Assembly (NCBI GenBank): GCA_014905635.1
Contig: JABVCE010000005.1
Location: forward strand, 868,001-932,000
DNA: 64,000 nt
Origin: Scenedesmus sp. PABB004
Lineage: Eukaryota
Reading direction: 5' to 3'
Made by a program: the position numbers and the translations under genes. Below are positions 51,576 through 64,000 of this stretch, one piece after another (positions within the stretch are counted from its first letter, which is position 1; each line of letters begins with the position of its first letter). The notes beneath the pieces are model-generated. The model was not told the origin of the DNA, made no database searches, and saw only the letters and a program-made list of their open reading frames with translations.

Positions 51576-52260
51576 TCGGCCGGCGCGCGGCAGCGCCGCC
51601 GCGCTGGCGCGAGTGTCCCGCGGCTCGCAGCGGCCATTCTTTTTGTAGCTGACGGCGCACTCCCAGCACACACTGGATGCCGGCAAACACAAGTACAGCG
51701 GCTGAGCGTGGCGCGCCCATGGTTGCGTGCGGCCGTGCGCGCGGCGCCGGTCACGCCCTGCCGCCCTCTCGCAATGACTGTGAGCGGCGCTCTCTCACTG
51801 CGGCAGGTCTAGCGCGCTGCGTTCTTCTTCGGTGGAAGCACGCATCATCATTGCAAGCGGCACGCGGGCGCGCGCGCATGTGCGGCTCGCTCAGCAGCGT
51901 GCCGAGGCACGCTGCGCTGCGCTCCTGGTTGGCGTCCCCGCAGGACTGCAGCGCGGACGGTCGTCGGTCGGGCGTGCCGCGCGCGCGAGGGCCAGACGAC
52001 GGGTTGAGTAACCTTGCGACTGCGGTTCAGCGCCGACAACACCACGCGCGCTTCACAAAATCGCGGCTAGGCCAGGCAGCCGCGAGCCCTCAGCACCCCC
52101 GCGGCGCGCTGCCCGCCGACAGTGCGGCGCGCTCGCAGCCACTCTCCCTCCGGGGCGCGCGTGCCGCCAGGCGCTGGCCCGGCCGCAGCGCGGGCCCCTG
52201 CCCTGCACCCCCCGCCGCTGCTGCGGGGCGCTGTCGACGTCCGCCGCCACGACGCAGCAC

Positions 52261-53566
52261 TCACAGCACGCCCGCGTCGGCGATGAGCACGCGCTTGAGC
52301 GGGCGGTTGAATCGCTTCTCAGCGACCGTCGCGCGCTTGTCGCCCATCGCCTTGCCAGCCTCAAAGAAGGGCTGCGCGGCCGGCGGCGGCGGCGGCGGTG
52401 GCGCGCGTGTCGGGCGGCGCGCGGCGGCGGCGGCCGCCCGGGCGCGGCGGGCGCGGCGGGCGCGGCGGGCGCGGCGGGCGCGGCGGGCGCGGCGGGCGCG
52501 GCGGGCGCGGCGGGCGCAGCGGGCGGTGAGGGCGGTGCGCGCCTTGTCGTAGTAGCTGTCCCGGGGGCGCGCGAACGGCAGCGCCGACAGCGCGGCGACG
52601 ACGTCCATGCCCGCGACGACGCGCCCGACGACGAGGTTGGTTTTGTCGAGCTCCGGCGTCGGCGCGGTGGTGATCATGAAGCCCGTGCCGTTGGGCGCCT
52701 CGCCCGCCTGCTCCTTGACCGTGACCAGCTTGCCCCGCATCGCCACGAGCCGCTCCTTGACCGGCCGCTCCGTGGCCTCGCGCACGACGAGGCTGACCAG
52801 GCCCGCCGCGTCGTGCCGCGCGCTGCTCGCGGCGAGCTCCTCCTCGAGGCCCTGCATCGAGTCGCCGCCGGCGATGAGGCTCGCGCCGTCGGCGCTGTAG
52901 GACAGCGACTTGACGCCCTCGTTGCGCACGTACGTCTGCGCGTGCCCGCGGCGCCCGCGGCGGCGGGTCGCCCCCTGCGCCGCGCCGCGCCGCCGCGCTG
53001 GCTCAAGCCTGGAGGCCGCGCGCCGCTGGTGCCTGGATCAAGCCTCCGGTCGCACCGGGAAGATGCCATCAAACTTGCTCAGCCGGTAGCCCACGCCCGC
53101 CTTGCCCTCTGCGCGGCGGGGCGGGGGCCGTCGTCACACGACTGCGGCCGCGCGGCGCGCGCAGGGGGGCGCGCGCCACAGCGCGCCGCGTACCGGCGAG
53201 GTCGGCGAAGCGCGCGCCGCCGACGCCAGAGCTGTCGAGCTGCACGACGATGCGCCCGAGCGTCTCGCCCTCGACCTTGACGTCCAGGAAGACGCGCCGC
53301 CCCGCCGCGCCGGCGACAGCGGCCGCGCCTCCCTCCTCCTCCGCTCGCGCGGCACGTGGCGCCAGGAGCACCACATTCGCGGCCACCGTCGCGGCGAGCA
53401 GCTCTCGCCGGCCGACCGCGCACGCGCCGCCCGGCGCGGGCTGCTGCCGCTGCTGCTGCCGCGCGGGCGGCGCCGCGGCGGCGCGCACGGCGCCGCGCCG
53501 GCTACGCCCGCACGCTGTGCAGCTGGGGCCGCCCGCCGGCGGCCTGTGCGCGACCAGCGGCTTCAT
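52261..53566 (-). CDS. CYP26-2: Chloroplast thylakoid-lumen cyclophilin, CYP26-2-like
   Basis: Transit peptide followed by Tat signal RRELL...ARA. Motifs RVFLDVKVEGETLGRIVV, PNGTGFMIT, PELD..NLVVGRV and GDKRATVAEKRFNRP. Confidence 0.82.
52442..52516. repeat. Intronic 9-nt tandem repeat (GCGCGGCGG)n
   Basis: About eight copies in the last cyclophilin intron. Confidence 0.85.
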
Positions 53567-53891
53567 CTCTCTGGGTGCTGTCGGTCGCGGCAAGGCAAGA
53601 TCTTGCTCTTTTCCTGGCGTGGAGCGTCCCAGCTGGCACGTCTCTCGCTGTATCGCTGCTGTCGAGCGGCGGGCGGCGCGGGGAGGCTCGGGTGGCCCGG
53701 CGTAGGACTGACGGCGGCCGTAGCTTCAACCGCAACGGCTGCGGTGCTCGCCGCCCGTGCAGCTCGTCCCAGGTCGCCAGCAGCTCCCCCGCACCCACCC
53801 GGTCCCTCCCCACAGCGCGCAGGCGGGCGGTGCGCGATCCACGCGCGGCCCGGCCAGCGCTGGCTGCGGCGGCGACCAGCGCTGGTCGTCG

Positions 53892-54098
53892 TCACCAGCG
53901 CGAGGCCATGGCCGCGATCATCGCGCTGTCTCGCGCGCCCTCGGCGAAGCGGTCGGGCAGCTGCTTGCCGGCCCGCACGGCCCGCTGAGCGCGGGCGCGC
54001 GCCTGCCGCTCGCCGCCGCCGTGCTTCGCTGCCGCGGCGACGCGGCTCGCGACGTGCGCGTACTGCCCGCCGCTGGGCGAGGCCGGGCCCGGGCTGCC

Positions 54099-54129
<31 letters not shown>

Positions 54130-55882
54130 AGCAGCGCGTACGAGCCAGGGCTGCGGGGCTGCTGCTGGGGCGGCGACCGCTCGCCCGCCGCCGCCGCCGC
54201 CGCCGCCGTCAGCAAGGGCTGCGGCGTGCCGGCCTGGGCAGCGCGCAGCGAGCCGCCGCCGCTGGGCGACGCGCCGCCGCCCGGCTCGCTGCGCGCCGCC
54301 CGCTGCCGCGCGGTCGGCACCAGCGCGCGGCTGCTGCTGACGGCGCGGGGCGCGGCCGGCCCTGGCCGTCTGGTGCCGCCCTCGAGCGCCTGCTGCTGCT
54401 GCAGCAGGACCACCTGCTCGAGCGGCGGCGCCGCGCAGCCAAACGGGGCGCCGCCCGCGCCCTGCAGCGCCGCCGCGCTGAAGGCCTGCTGCAGGAAGGC
54501 CTGGGTCGCCGCCTGCGCGCGGCGCCGCCAGGGGTGTGGTCGGCCGCCGGCGGCCGGCCGCGCCCGCGCCCCGCTGCGACCCGCTGCGACCCTGCGCGCG
54601 CCTCGCGCCTGCTGGTAGCTCGCCGCCGCCGCGATCGCGCCGCTGAGCGCGTTGCTGGCCTCTCGATGGCCAAAGAGCCGCTCGATGAGGCCGTCCAGCT
54701 TGCCATTGGTGGCCTCGAGCTCGCGCTTGCGCTCGACCACCTCGTCCTTGGCCTCCGCGATGGCGGACGCCGCAAGCGCGGCCTGGCGCTTCCAGCGCTC
54801 CATCTCGGCGACCGTGGCGGCCGTGCGCCGCTCGAGCTCGGCGCGCACGCGCGCCAGCTCGCCGCGCACGCGCTCGGCCTCGCCGCGCAGCGCCGCCTCG
54901 CGCGCCTCGACGCCAGCGGCCAGCCCCGCGCGCTCGGCGGCGACCGCGCCGCGCGCGCACTCTTCGTTGTGCGCCACGGCGGCCTGCGCGCGGGGCGCGC
55001 GACGCAGGGCGCGCAACGCGCTGGGGCGCCGCCAGGAGGCGCTGCGCTGCGCGCGTGCGGTGGCAGCTCCCCAGTTCACCACCGGTGACTCACCTGCGCC
55101 TTGGCGAGCTCGCTGCGCGCGGTGTGGAGCTGGGCCTCAAAGTCGGCGCGCATCAGCTCAAGCTCCGCGCGCTCCAGCCGCACCGCCTCCTGCTCGTCCG
55201 CCAGGCTCGCGGCGCGCTGCCGCGCGTCGCGGCCGCCGGCGGCGAACGCGGCGCGCGCCTCGTCCGCGGCGGCCGCCGCGGCCGCGGCGGCCGCCTCTGC
55301 CGCGACGCGCGCCGCGGTCTCTGCCCGCAGCTGCCGCTCGTAGTGGAGCAGCATGTCCTCCAGCTCCGCCACGCCCGGCCGCCGCAGCTGCTGCAGCGGC
55401 TGCGGTGGTGGCGGTGGTGGCGGGGCCGCCGGCCGCTGCGGTGCGGCCTGCTCCAGCAGCTGCGGCGGCTGCGGCGGCTGCGCCTGCTGCGATGGCTGCG
55501 GCGGCTGCGCCTGCTGCGCCTGCTGCACCTGCTGCGGCTGGTGCACCGACTGCGCCTGATGGGGTGCCGACTGCGGCTGGTGCACCTTGCGGGGCGGCAG
55601 CGCGAGCGGCGGCGGCGCGGGCGGCTCGTTCCGGTCCTCGGGCTCGCCGCCCCGCCGCCGCCATCGCTCCTGCTGCTCTTGCTCCTGCATGTCCTGCTGC
55701 TGAGATGGCTCCTGCTCCTGCTCCAACTCCAGCGCCCCGTGCTGGGGAGCCGGTCGTTGCCCGGCGGGCGGCGGCGCGCGCTCCACGCGCGGGCGGCCGC
55801 GCGCTGGCTGCGCTGCCTGCTGGGTGAGGACCGCCTGCTGCTGCTGGCCCGACTCCGGCTTGCGGGCGAAGAGGTCCCACAT
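53892..55882 (-). CDS. Hypothetical Gln/Pro-rich coiled-coil protein; 3' end uncertain
   Basis: Starts MWDLFARKPE. Coiled-coil LEDMLLHYERQLRAE...ELEATNGKLDGLIERLF. Introns at about 54984-55093 and 54513-54608 (GC donor). Confidence 0.6.
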
Positions 55883-56351
55883 CGCCGCCACGCGGCGTGC
55901 ACCGCCGCGCCGGCGGTCAGCGCACGCCGCGACGTCCGCGTCGGCGCACGACCTGGCGGGCTGCGGGAGGCAGCTCCCGAGCGCCGCACGGGCCGTCTGT
56001 GCTCGATTTTGCTGGTCGACGCGGCGCGACGCAGCGTGCGTCGCGGCTTTGCGCTGCACCGCGCGCCGCCGCCGCCGCGGAGGCCGCGGAGTGCGCCTGC
56101 GGGCCCGCACCGCTCAGAGCGCGTGCGTGCAGCCTGGGCGGGCGGGAGTTGGAGGCGACCTCGGCGTGAGCAGCAGCTTTTCAGGCGACAGCAGCACACC
56201 ACCACCGCGCTCTGGCGGGCGTCCCCCGCTCGTCACCGCGCCCGAGGATCGCCCCGGTGCTCACGCGGCCGGCAGCGGGGCGGCGAGGCACGGACGCACC
56301 GCAGGCTCGCGCCATCAAACGAAGCACGGCCTCCTCCGGCGTGTAGGCGGC

Positions 56352-59300
56352 ATGGAGGGGCCGGGGGCGGCCGGCGGCGGGCCCCCAGCGACTCCCCAGC
56401 CAGCAGGTGCGCACCGCGCGCGAGATCGGAGGCGGCGGCGCGCGGCAGCAGCGGCGGTTGCGCGCGAGCGGGGCGCGCGCGCCGGCGGCGCGCGCGCCGC
56501 CCCTGTCCCCCGCCCGCCGTCGCTGGGGCTCTGCCGCCTCACCCGTCGCGCGCCGCGCCGCAGCCGCGCCGTCGGCCGACGCGGCCGGCGGCAGCGGCGG
56601 CGACGGCAGGGGCAAGCCTCGGCAGAAGACGCCGCTGCAGAAGGAGACGCTGGAGGCCTTCTACGCGGGTGCGCGCGCCGCGCCTGTGCCCTGCCGGCGC
56701 CACGCGGGGGCTGCTGCTCCCGCGCACAGGGACGCCGCCCGCCGCCCGTCCCTCACCCGCCGCCCGCGCGCCGCGGCGCCCGCAGCCAACCCGGCGCCCA
56801 CGCCGGCGCACCGCAAGCTGCTGGCGGAGCGCATCGGGTTGACAGAGGAGCAGGTGCAGTCGTGGTTTGTGGGCAAGCGCAAGCGGGACAAGAAGAAGGC
56901 CGAGGCCGGCACGCCCGGGCCGTCGGGCGGCCTGCCCTCCCCGGCCGGCGCCGCAGCGGCGGCGACGCCCGGCGCGAGCAGCGGCGGCGCGTTTGGCGCG
57001 TCGGGCGGCGCGCCCGCCAGCGAGGGCAGTGCCCCGGGCGGCGCGCGCGGCAGCTCGCCCGCCGCGCCCGGCAGCGGCGGGGGCGCTGCCGCCCCGAGCG
57101 GCGGCGCCCCGAGCGCCGGTGGCGGCGCCGCCGCTGCGAGCGGCGCCGCCGGCGCTGCGAGCGGCGGCGGCGGCAGCTCGATCAGCGTGATGGAGGAGCT
57201 GCTGGAGCTGGCCAAGGCCGCGCTGCCGGTGCCCTTCCGCGCTGACGGGCCGCCGCTGGTGCGTGCCGCCGCCACGCGGCGCGCCGCCGCCGCCGCCGCC
57301 GCCGCCGCGGCCGGCGCTGACGCCGCCCGCCGCCCGCCCGCGCCGCAGTCGTTTGTCTTTGACAGCGTGCCCGCGCCGCACACCAAGAAGGGCATGCAGG
57401 CCGCCGCGCTGATCGCGGCAAAGCGGCGGAAGCTGGGCGCCGACGGCGACTCCGGCGGCGACGAGCAGGGCGACGCGAAGCGGCCGCGCCTGGGCGGGTG
57501 CGGCGCGCGGCGCGCGCGGCGCCGGCCGCCGCGCCCGCGCTGCCCACGCGCTGACGCGGCTGCCGCCGCTGCCGTTGTTGCCGCCGCGCAGGCCCGACGG
57601 CGGCGGCGGCGCGGTGGACGCGCAGCAGGCATACCAGGAGGCCCTGCATGCGCAGGCGGCGCTGCACGCCAGCACGCTGGTGCGCGCGCGGCGCGCTGCA
57701 CCGCGTGTGGCCGGCGGTGGGACGGCGGGCGGCACGCCCGGGGGCCGGCGCGCGCCGCGGCCGCGCCTGATTGCCCTTGCCTGCGCGCGCCGCCGCCGGC
57801 CCGCCGCGCAGGCCGCTGCCAGCTTTGGCAGCCGTGAGGTGGTCAAGGCGGAGCGCGAGCGGCAGCGCGAGGCCGCGCGCGCGGCCAGGGAGGCCGACCG
57901 CGCGCGCACGGTGACGGACCGCGAGGCGCGGCGCCGCGAGGCCGCGGCGGAGCGGGACCGCAAGGCTGAGGAGAAGCGGCGCGTGGCTGAGGACAAGCGC
58001 CGGTGCGGCGCGGCGGCGGGCGAGGGCGGGGACGGGCCGGGAGCGACAGCGGCAGCGGCAGCGGCGTGCCCCCCTCGCGCGCCGCACAGCGCGCCACACG
58101 GGCCCGCCGCCCCGCCGCCGCCCGCAGCGGGCGCGAGATGGCCAAGGCGCTGCTGCAGCAGGAGCGCGCCGTGTCGCGGGGCACGTACCACCACGGCCCG
58201 CCGGGTGCGGGCCGCAGCGCCGCCACTGCTGGCGGCCGCGCGCGGGCGCCGCGCGCGCCCCTCCCGAGCCCCGCGCCGCCCGCCGCCCGCCGCGCACGCC
58301 GCGCAGACGACCTGGACGTTGAGATGGAGATGCTGCTCGTGCGCGCGCGCGCCACGGCGCTGGTCAGCGCGCGCGCCAAGGGCGTCGACCCTGAGACCGT
58401 GGAGGTCGTCGCGCCGCCGCGGCCAGAGTTCCCGCCGCCATACCTCATGCTGCAGGTGGGTGGCCGCGCCGCCGCGTCTTGCCGGCGCCGGCCCGGCCCG
58501 GCCGCCGGGGCTCGCTGCGCTGCGCTGCGCTGCGCTGCGCTGGGCGCGGGTCCGCGCCCGACCGCCCGCCGCCCGCCTCCGCCGTCGTGCGCCGCAGCCC
58601 GCGTTCCCGGCGGAGCTGGGCGACGAGGTCGTCGCGCAGGTCATCGAGGCGTGGGGCTTTGTCACGGGCCTCAGCGACCTCCTGGGCGTGCCGGGGTTCA
58701 CGCTCGAGTCGCTGCTCGCCGCGGTGATGCAGGGCGCGTCGAGCCCGCTGCTCGGCCTCGTGCACATCGTGCTGCTGCGCCAGGCGCAGGCAGACATGGA
58801 GGAGGCACACGCCAGCGGCATCCTGCGCGTGCGTGGCCTGACGAGGGACCAGCGGGCCGGCGCCGCCGCACGCCGCATCCCCCTCCCTCGCGCCGGGCCC
58901 TCCGCCGACGCCCGACCCGAGCGCCCGCGCCCCGCGCCGCGCCGCGCCGCCGCCGCCGCCGTCCCCGCAGTCGCCCACGGTGCACCTCGCGGACCGCGCG
59001 CTCGTCGCCGGCGCGCAGCGCCTCGAGGAGGCGTGGGCGTGGGGGCTCGACCCCGACCTCTGGCGCGCGCACCTCGGCCCGCTGACCTGGCCGGAGGTGC
59101 TACGGCAGGTCGCGGTCGTGTCGGGCGCGGGTGGGCCGCGCGTCGCGGTGCGGCCGCCGGGCGGCGACGCCGGCGCCGACGAGGGCAAGCCGCGCAAGGG
59201 CCGCGCGCCGGCGGGCGCGTTTGGGTTTGAGGGCGAGGACGTCGCGGCGGGGCGCACCGGCGACGGCCCGCTCAAGCTCGTGCTGCCGCCGCGCTTCGGC

Positions 59301-62300
59301 GAGGGCACGTGGATGGCGGCCGCGTGGCGGGTGCTCGCCGGCGTTGGGCCGCAGGGCATCTCCGTCACAGAGGTGCGTGTGTGCGCGCGCGCGCGCGGCG
59401 GGGGCGGCCGCTGCGGCCGCTCTGCGCGCTGCGGCCGCTGCGTGCGCGGGCGCCGCCGCCGCTGCGCGGCGCACCGCTGAGCGCCGGCTGAGGCCGCTGC
59501 GGCCGGCGCCGGGCTGTGGGCGCAGATGGTGCGTGTCATCGCGTCGCGCGGGTACCGCGACATCAGCACCAGCAAGAACCCCGACAACAGCCTCTCCGGG
59601 GCGCTCAGCCGCGACGTGCTCTTCCAGCGCCTGCGCGCCGGCACCTACGCGCTGCAGGCGCGGCGCGGCGGGGGGCGCGGGGCGCAGGGGCACGCAGCGC
59701 GCGGCGCGGGGTGCCTGCGGCGTCTGAGAGCCCCGCCCGCCTCCCTGCCCTGCCGCGCCACGCCGCGGCGGCGCGCAGTCTGTCGTGGCGTACCACGCGC
59801 GCATGGCGGCGGCGGGCAAGCCCGCGGTCGTGGAGCCGCCGCCCGAGGCGCTCGCGGCGGCGCCGCGCGGGGCGGGGCCGGTGGAGGAGAGCGAGGACAT
59901 GGACGACAGGTGCGGCGCGCGCGCGGTGTAGGAGGCGCGGGGCGCCGGGGCGCAGTGCACATTCACAGCGTGTCTGTGTCGGAGGGGCGGCGTCGGCACG
60001 CTTCGCCTGCCTCACGCCCGCGCCGCGCGTGCTCGTCGCCGCCCGCAGCGAGGGCGGCGAGGACGAGGCGGTCGCGCGCGCGCCCGAGGACGCGCCCGGC
60101 GCGGAGCCCTGGGTGTCGGCGCTGAAGCACGGGCCGTACGACGCGCTGCCGCTGCGGGAGCGCCTCTCCGCGCTGCTGTGGCTGGTGGGGCTGGTCATGG
60201 ACGGCATTGGCGTGCGCAAGCGCCTCGACGCGCGCGAGGCGGAGGTCGCCGCGCTCAAGCGCCAGCTCGCGGAGGACGTGCGCGCGGAGAAGAAGCGGCG
60301 CGCCGACGAGGCGGCCGCGCGCGCGCGCGCGGCGGCCGAGGAGGCGCAGCGGCGCCTCGAGCGGCTGCAGCGCGCGGCCGCGTCGGGCGAGGCGGTCGCG
60401 CCGGAGCAGATGGCCGCGGCCGCGGCCGCCGCGGCGGCGCTCAACTCGGCGGCCGGCAGCGGCAGCGCGCCGGGCGCGGCCTCGCGCGCGGCGACGCCGG
60501 GCCCCGCCGCCGGGGGCACGCCGCAGCCGGGCGCGGCCGCCGTGCCGGTCAAGCAGGAGGGCGGCGATGCGGCAGCCGCCGCAGCGGAGGTCAAGGCGGA
60601 GGGCGGCGACGCGGCGGCAGCTGCGGCGGCGGTCAAGGTCGAGGGCGGCGACGAGCCGATGCCCGACGCCGAGCCGGCCGCCGCCCAGGCGCCCAAGCAG
60701 GAGCAGCCGGCGGCGCCCACGGCGCCCGACCCCGCCGACGCGGCCGCCGCGCGCGCTGAGCTCGCCGCGGCGGTCGCGGCTGAGTCCGCGCGGCGCGCGG
60801 CGCGCGCGGAGGCGATCCGGCGCTGCGAGGAGCTCAACGTGCTGCGCCTCGAGCCGCTGGGCAGCGACCGGCGCTTCAACCGCTACTGGCTGCTCACGCC
60901 GCCGGACTGGGGCGCGACCGCGGCGTACGCGGGCGGCGCCGGCGCCGGCGGCGACGACGGCGACGCGGCGCGCGCGGGTGCGGGGCCGGCGCGGCCGTCG
61001 CGGGCTGCCGCGGCCGGCGCCGCGGCCCCGGCCGCCGACGCCGCGCCGGCCGCTGACGCCCCCCTGCTCTGCTCTGCGCGCAGGCGGGCCGCCCGACGCC
61101 AATGCAGGGCGCATCTTTGTCGAGGACGGCAACGGCGGGCGCTGGCGCGTCATGCTGCGGCCGCAGCAGCTGGACCAGCTCAAGCAGGTGGGCGGGGAGG
61201 CCCGCGGCGCGGCGCCGCGGACTGGCCGCGGCGCTGCGGGCTGGCCGCTGACGCCGCGGCGCCGCCCCGCGCCCCGTGCGCACGCAGGCGCTGGAGCCGC
61301 GGGGCGTGCGCGAGGGCGCGCTGCACGCGGCGCTGCTGCGCGTGGAGGCGTCGCTGCGCGCGGCCATGCCCGGCGCGCCCTTCGCCGTGCCGCGCCCGCT
61401 GGGTGAGCTGCGCACGCGCCCGCCGTGCGGCCGCCGCTCGCCGCGTCGCGCCACGCGCTGAGCCCCGTTCCGCGCGACCGCTGCGCGCTGCAGACCAGCA
61501 GTCGCCGGAGGAGCGTGGCGTGGCGCTGGCGGCGGCCGCGCGCTGGCTGCAGACGCAGCAGCTCACGGCACGCATGCTGACCAGCCAGGAGCAGGAGGCG
61601 GCCATCGCGGCGGCGCTGGCGGCGGCGGGGCCGCAGCAGGCGCTCGGGCCGGAGGTGCAGCAGCTGCAGGCCGACATGCTGCGCGTGGAGGCGCTGCTGG
61701 CGGACACGATGCAGGTGCGCCTGCGCATGCCAGCAGCCTGCGCCGAGCGGCGGCGGCGCCCGTGCGACCCGCAGCGACCGGGGCGCTCACGCCGCTGTGC
61801 ACGCGCGCCGGCCCGCGCAGGCGACCACCAGCTTCGACCGCCAGGCCTGGGTCGCCGCGGTCGCGGGCGCGCCCGACCTGGCCGCGCTGCGCGGCTGCCT
61901 GGCGCAGCTGGAGGCGGCGCTCGCGGCGGAGGGCTCGGACGTCGCGGAGGAGCGCAAAACGCGCGGCCAGGCCAAGGCGGAGGCGGAGCGCATCCCGCTG
62001 CTCTCGCCGGCCTGGCAGCTGCTGGCGGGCACGCCCTGCGTGAAGGGCGCGTGGCTGGCCTGCGGCGCCGAGGTCGCGGCGGCGCAGCTCGACACGCTGG
62101 GCCAGCTCGTGCCGGCGCGCCAGCTCGGCGCCGGCGAGCCCGCCGGCGACGCCGCCGCGGCCGCCGCCGCGCCGGCCGACGCGGCGGCGACCGCGGCCGC
62201 GCACCGGCGCGAGGACGCGGCGCACCGCCGCGCGCAGCTCCTCGCGGGCCTCGGCTGGCTGCCCGCCACGTCGCCCGCGCTCGCGCTGCGCCTCGCCGCG

Positions 62301-63485
62301 CTGGACGCGGTGCTGCAGTACCCCCAGCTCGGCCCCGCGCGCTGCGAGCTGGTCGGCCGGCGGTCGATGGCGTGCTATCAGTACATCACCAAGCCGCTGC
62401 CCATCTTTGCGCCCGCAACGCTGGACCAGCTGCTGGCGCAGGAGCGCGCGGCGGCGGGGCAGCAGCAGCTGGAGGCCGGCGGCGGGGGCGCGGGCGCGGG
62501 CGCGCGCGGCAGCACCAGCCCGCCCCCCGGCGAGGGCGCGGCGGCGCACGAGGCCGCGGCGGCGGCGGCGCCGCCGCCGCCGCCGCGCGCCGGCGCGCCC
62601 AGCCTCGCGGATGTGCTCGGCGGCGGGCTGCGCGTGGCGTACGGCTTCTCCCTGGCCGGGCGCGGCGCGCTGCAGCTGCTGCGCGGCCTGCCGCCCTACC
62701 CGGACTGGCTGCAGCAGGCGGCCGCGACCGACCTCGCGCTCCCCGTGAGCGCGTGGCGCGCCGACGTCGCGGCGGCGCAGGCGGACGGCACGTTTGACCT
62801 CACGCTGAACGACGTGCGCGCCGCCAAGGACGCGGAGGCCGCCGCGGCGGCGGCCAAGGCGCGCGCGGAGGCCGAGGCGCGCGCCGCCGCGCGCGCGGCC
62901 GCGCGGGCCGCCGCCGCGGCGGCGCGGGCGGCGGCCGAGGCGGAGGCGCTGGCCGAGGCCGACGCGGAGGACGAGGAGGAGGAGGAGGAGCCGCCGAGCA
63001 GCGAGGACAGCGCCGGCAAGCGCCTGCCCAAGGCCAAGCCCGGCAGGGCGCAGCCCACGCGGGCCGCCGCCGGCAGCGAGGGCGGCGGCGGCAGCGGCAG
63101 CGCCGCGCTGCCGCCCAAGGCCGGCAAGAGCCTGAAGCTCAAGCTGCCCGGCCACGCCGCGGCTGCAGCGGCAGCCAAGGCGGGCGGCGGCGGCGGCGCC
63201 GGCGGCGCGGCCAAGCCGCCGCCGGCGGGCGGCGCCAAGCTCGCCAACGGCGGCGGCGGCGCCGGCGCCGTCGCGCCCAAGCTGCGCATCAAATCCACGC
63301 TGAAGAAGCCCGCCAGCCGCGAGGCGAGTGGCTCGCGCGAGAGCAGCCCCGCGCCGCCGCGGCCGTCCAAGGGCGGCGCCGGCGGCGGCGGGCGCATCGC
63401 GGGCCGCGCGCGCCTGCGGCACCCGGCACCGGCGCGCGGCGGCGGCGGTGGGGCCGGCGTTGAGAGCTCGGAGGACGACGATTGA
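56352..63485 (+). CDS. RLT: Homeobox-DDT domain protein (RINGLET/RLT family, ISWI partner)
   Basis: Homeodomain KTPLQKETLEAFYA...QVQSWFVGKRKRDKK, DDT domain IEAWGFVTGLSDLLGVPGFTLESLL, HARE-HTH domain GYRDISTSKNPDNSLSGALSRD, WHIM1 PWVSALKHGPYDALPLRERLSAL, and WSD EPLGSDRRFNRYW...PRGVREGAL. Confidence 0.9.
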
Positions 63486-64000
63486 CCGCGCGCAGGCGTG
63501 CGGCGGCGGTGAACGAGTTGCGCGCCGCGCGTGCGGTGGCTGGTCAACTGCTTGCGGCGGCCCTACGATGGCGCCGCAGCGCCGTGACGATCGCACGACG
63601 CGCACGCTGACGCTGCAGCCGCCTGAGGCTCACCGGCCTGCGGCGGCCGCGCGGCACCGGCGCGCTGCCGCGAGCGCGCGCCCCCGGCGGCCGCGCGCCC
63701 AGCCGGGGTGCTTGGCCTGGGCCAGGCGCCGTCCTAGCTGCTCGGCCGCCGCTCGCGCTATTACTCTCCGTCCTCAAGGCTTCCGCCGCCTGAGGACGGA
63801 GCGCGGTGCCCCGCGATGCCCGCACGGCTTCCTCTGCCCTTGAATCCACCGCGCAGCCCGGCGCGGCGCGCCCCAGGGGTTGCAGAGATCGCCGACCGTG
63901 CGCACGCGCCGCGCTGGGCCTTGGCGAAGGCAAGGATGCGGGCAGCAGCACAACGCCTGCAGCAGCAGCACTCTCCGCCCAGGAAGCCCGCAGCCCCGAT

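Noticed and set aside
51770..51860. Possible SECIS or snoRNA downstream of the symporter
   Set aside because: No proper SECIS core or C/D boxes, and no in-frame TGA readthrough candidate in adjacent genes.

Overview
Eukaryotic nuclear DNA from an extremely GC-rich green alga. The short GC-rich introns, TGTAA poly(A) signals and plant/chlorophyte-type genes point to a chlorophyte, probably Sphaeropleales. The long six-frame ORFs are mostly artefacts of GC content; the real genes are split by many introns of about 70-340 nt. I read about 19 protein-coding genes: two tandem membrane-anchored proteins with CBM10-like WGW-x-SC repeats, a hypothetical protein, prolyl 4-hydroxylase, long-chain acyl-CoA synthetase, AGT2, ATP-citrate lyase B, a secreted sushi-like repeat protein, an ABC1/ADCK kinase, ATG18, a membrane-anchored CE4-like protein with degenerate catalytic motifs, RRP45, a START protein, cyclin C, eukaryotic UDP-galactopyranose mutase, a sodium:solute symporter, CYP26-2, a coiled-coil protein and an RLT/RINGLET homeobox-DDT protein. 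Most notable observations: (1) roughly one intron in five appears to use a GC donor (hand count); (2) a pre-miRNA-like hairpin in an oversized ACLB intron; (3) a ~550 bp duplication that places the START/cyclin C intergenic promoter region upstream of the UGM gene; (4) the CBM10-like surface-protein pair; (5) the CE4 pseudoenzyme and an inverted, deleted copy of its 3' half; (6) single-base frameshifts, mostly in homopolymers, that are probably assembly errors. All exon boundaries are manual predictions without transcript data.
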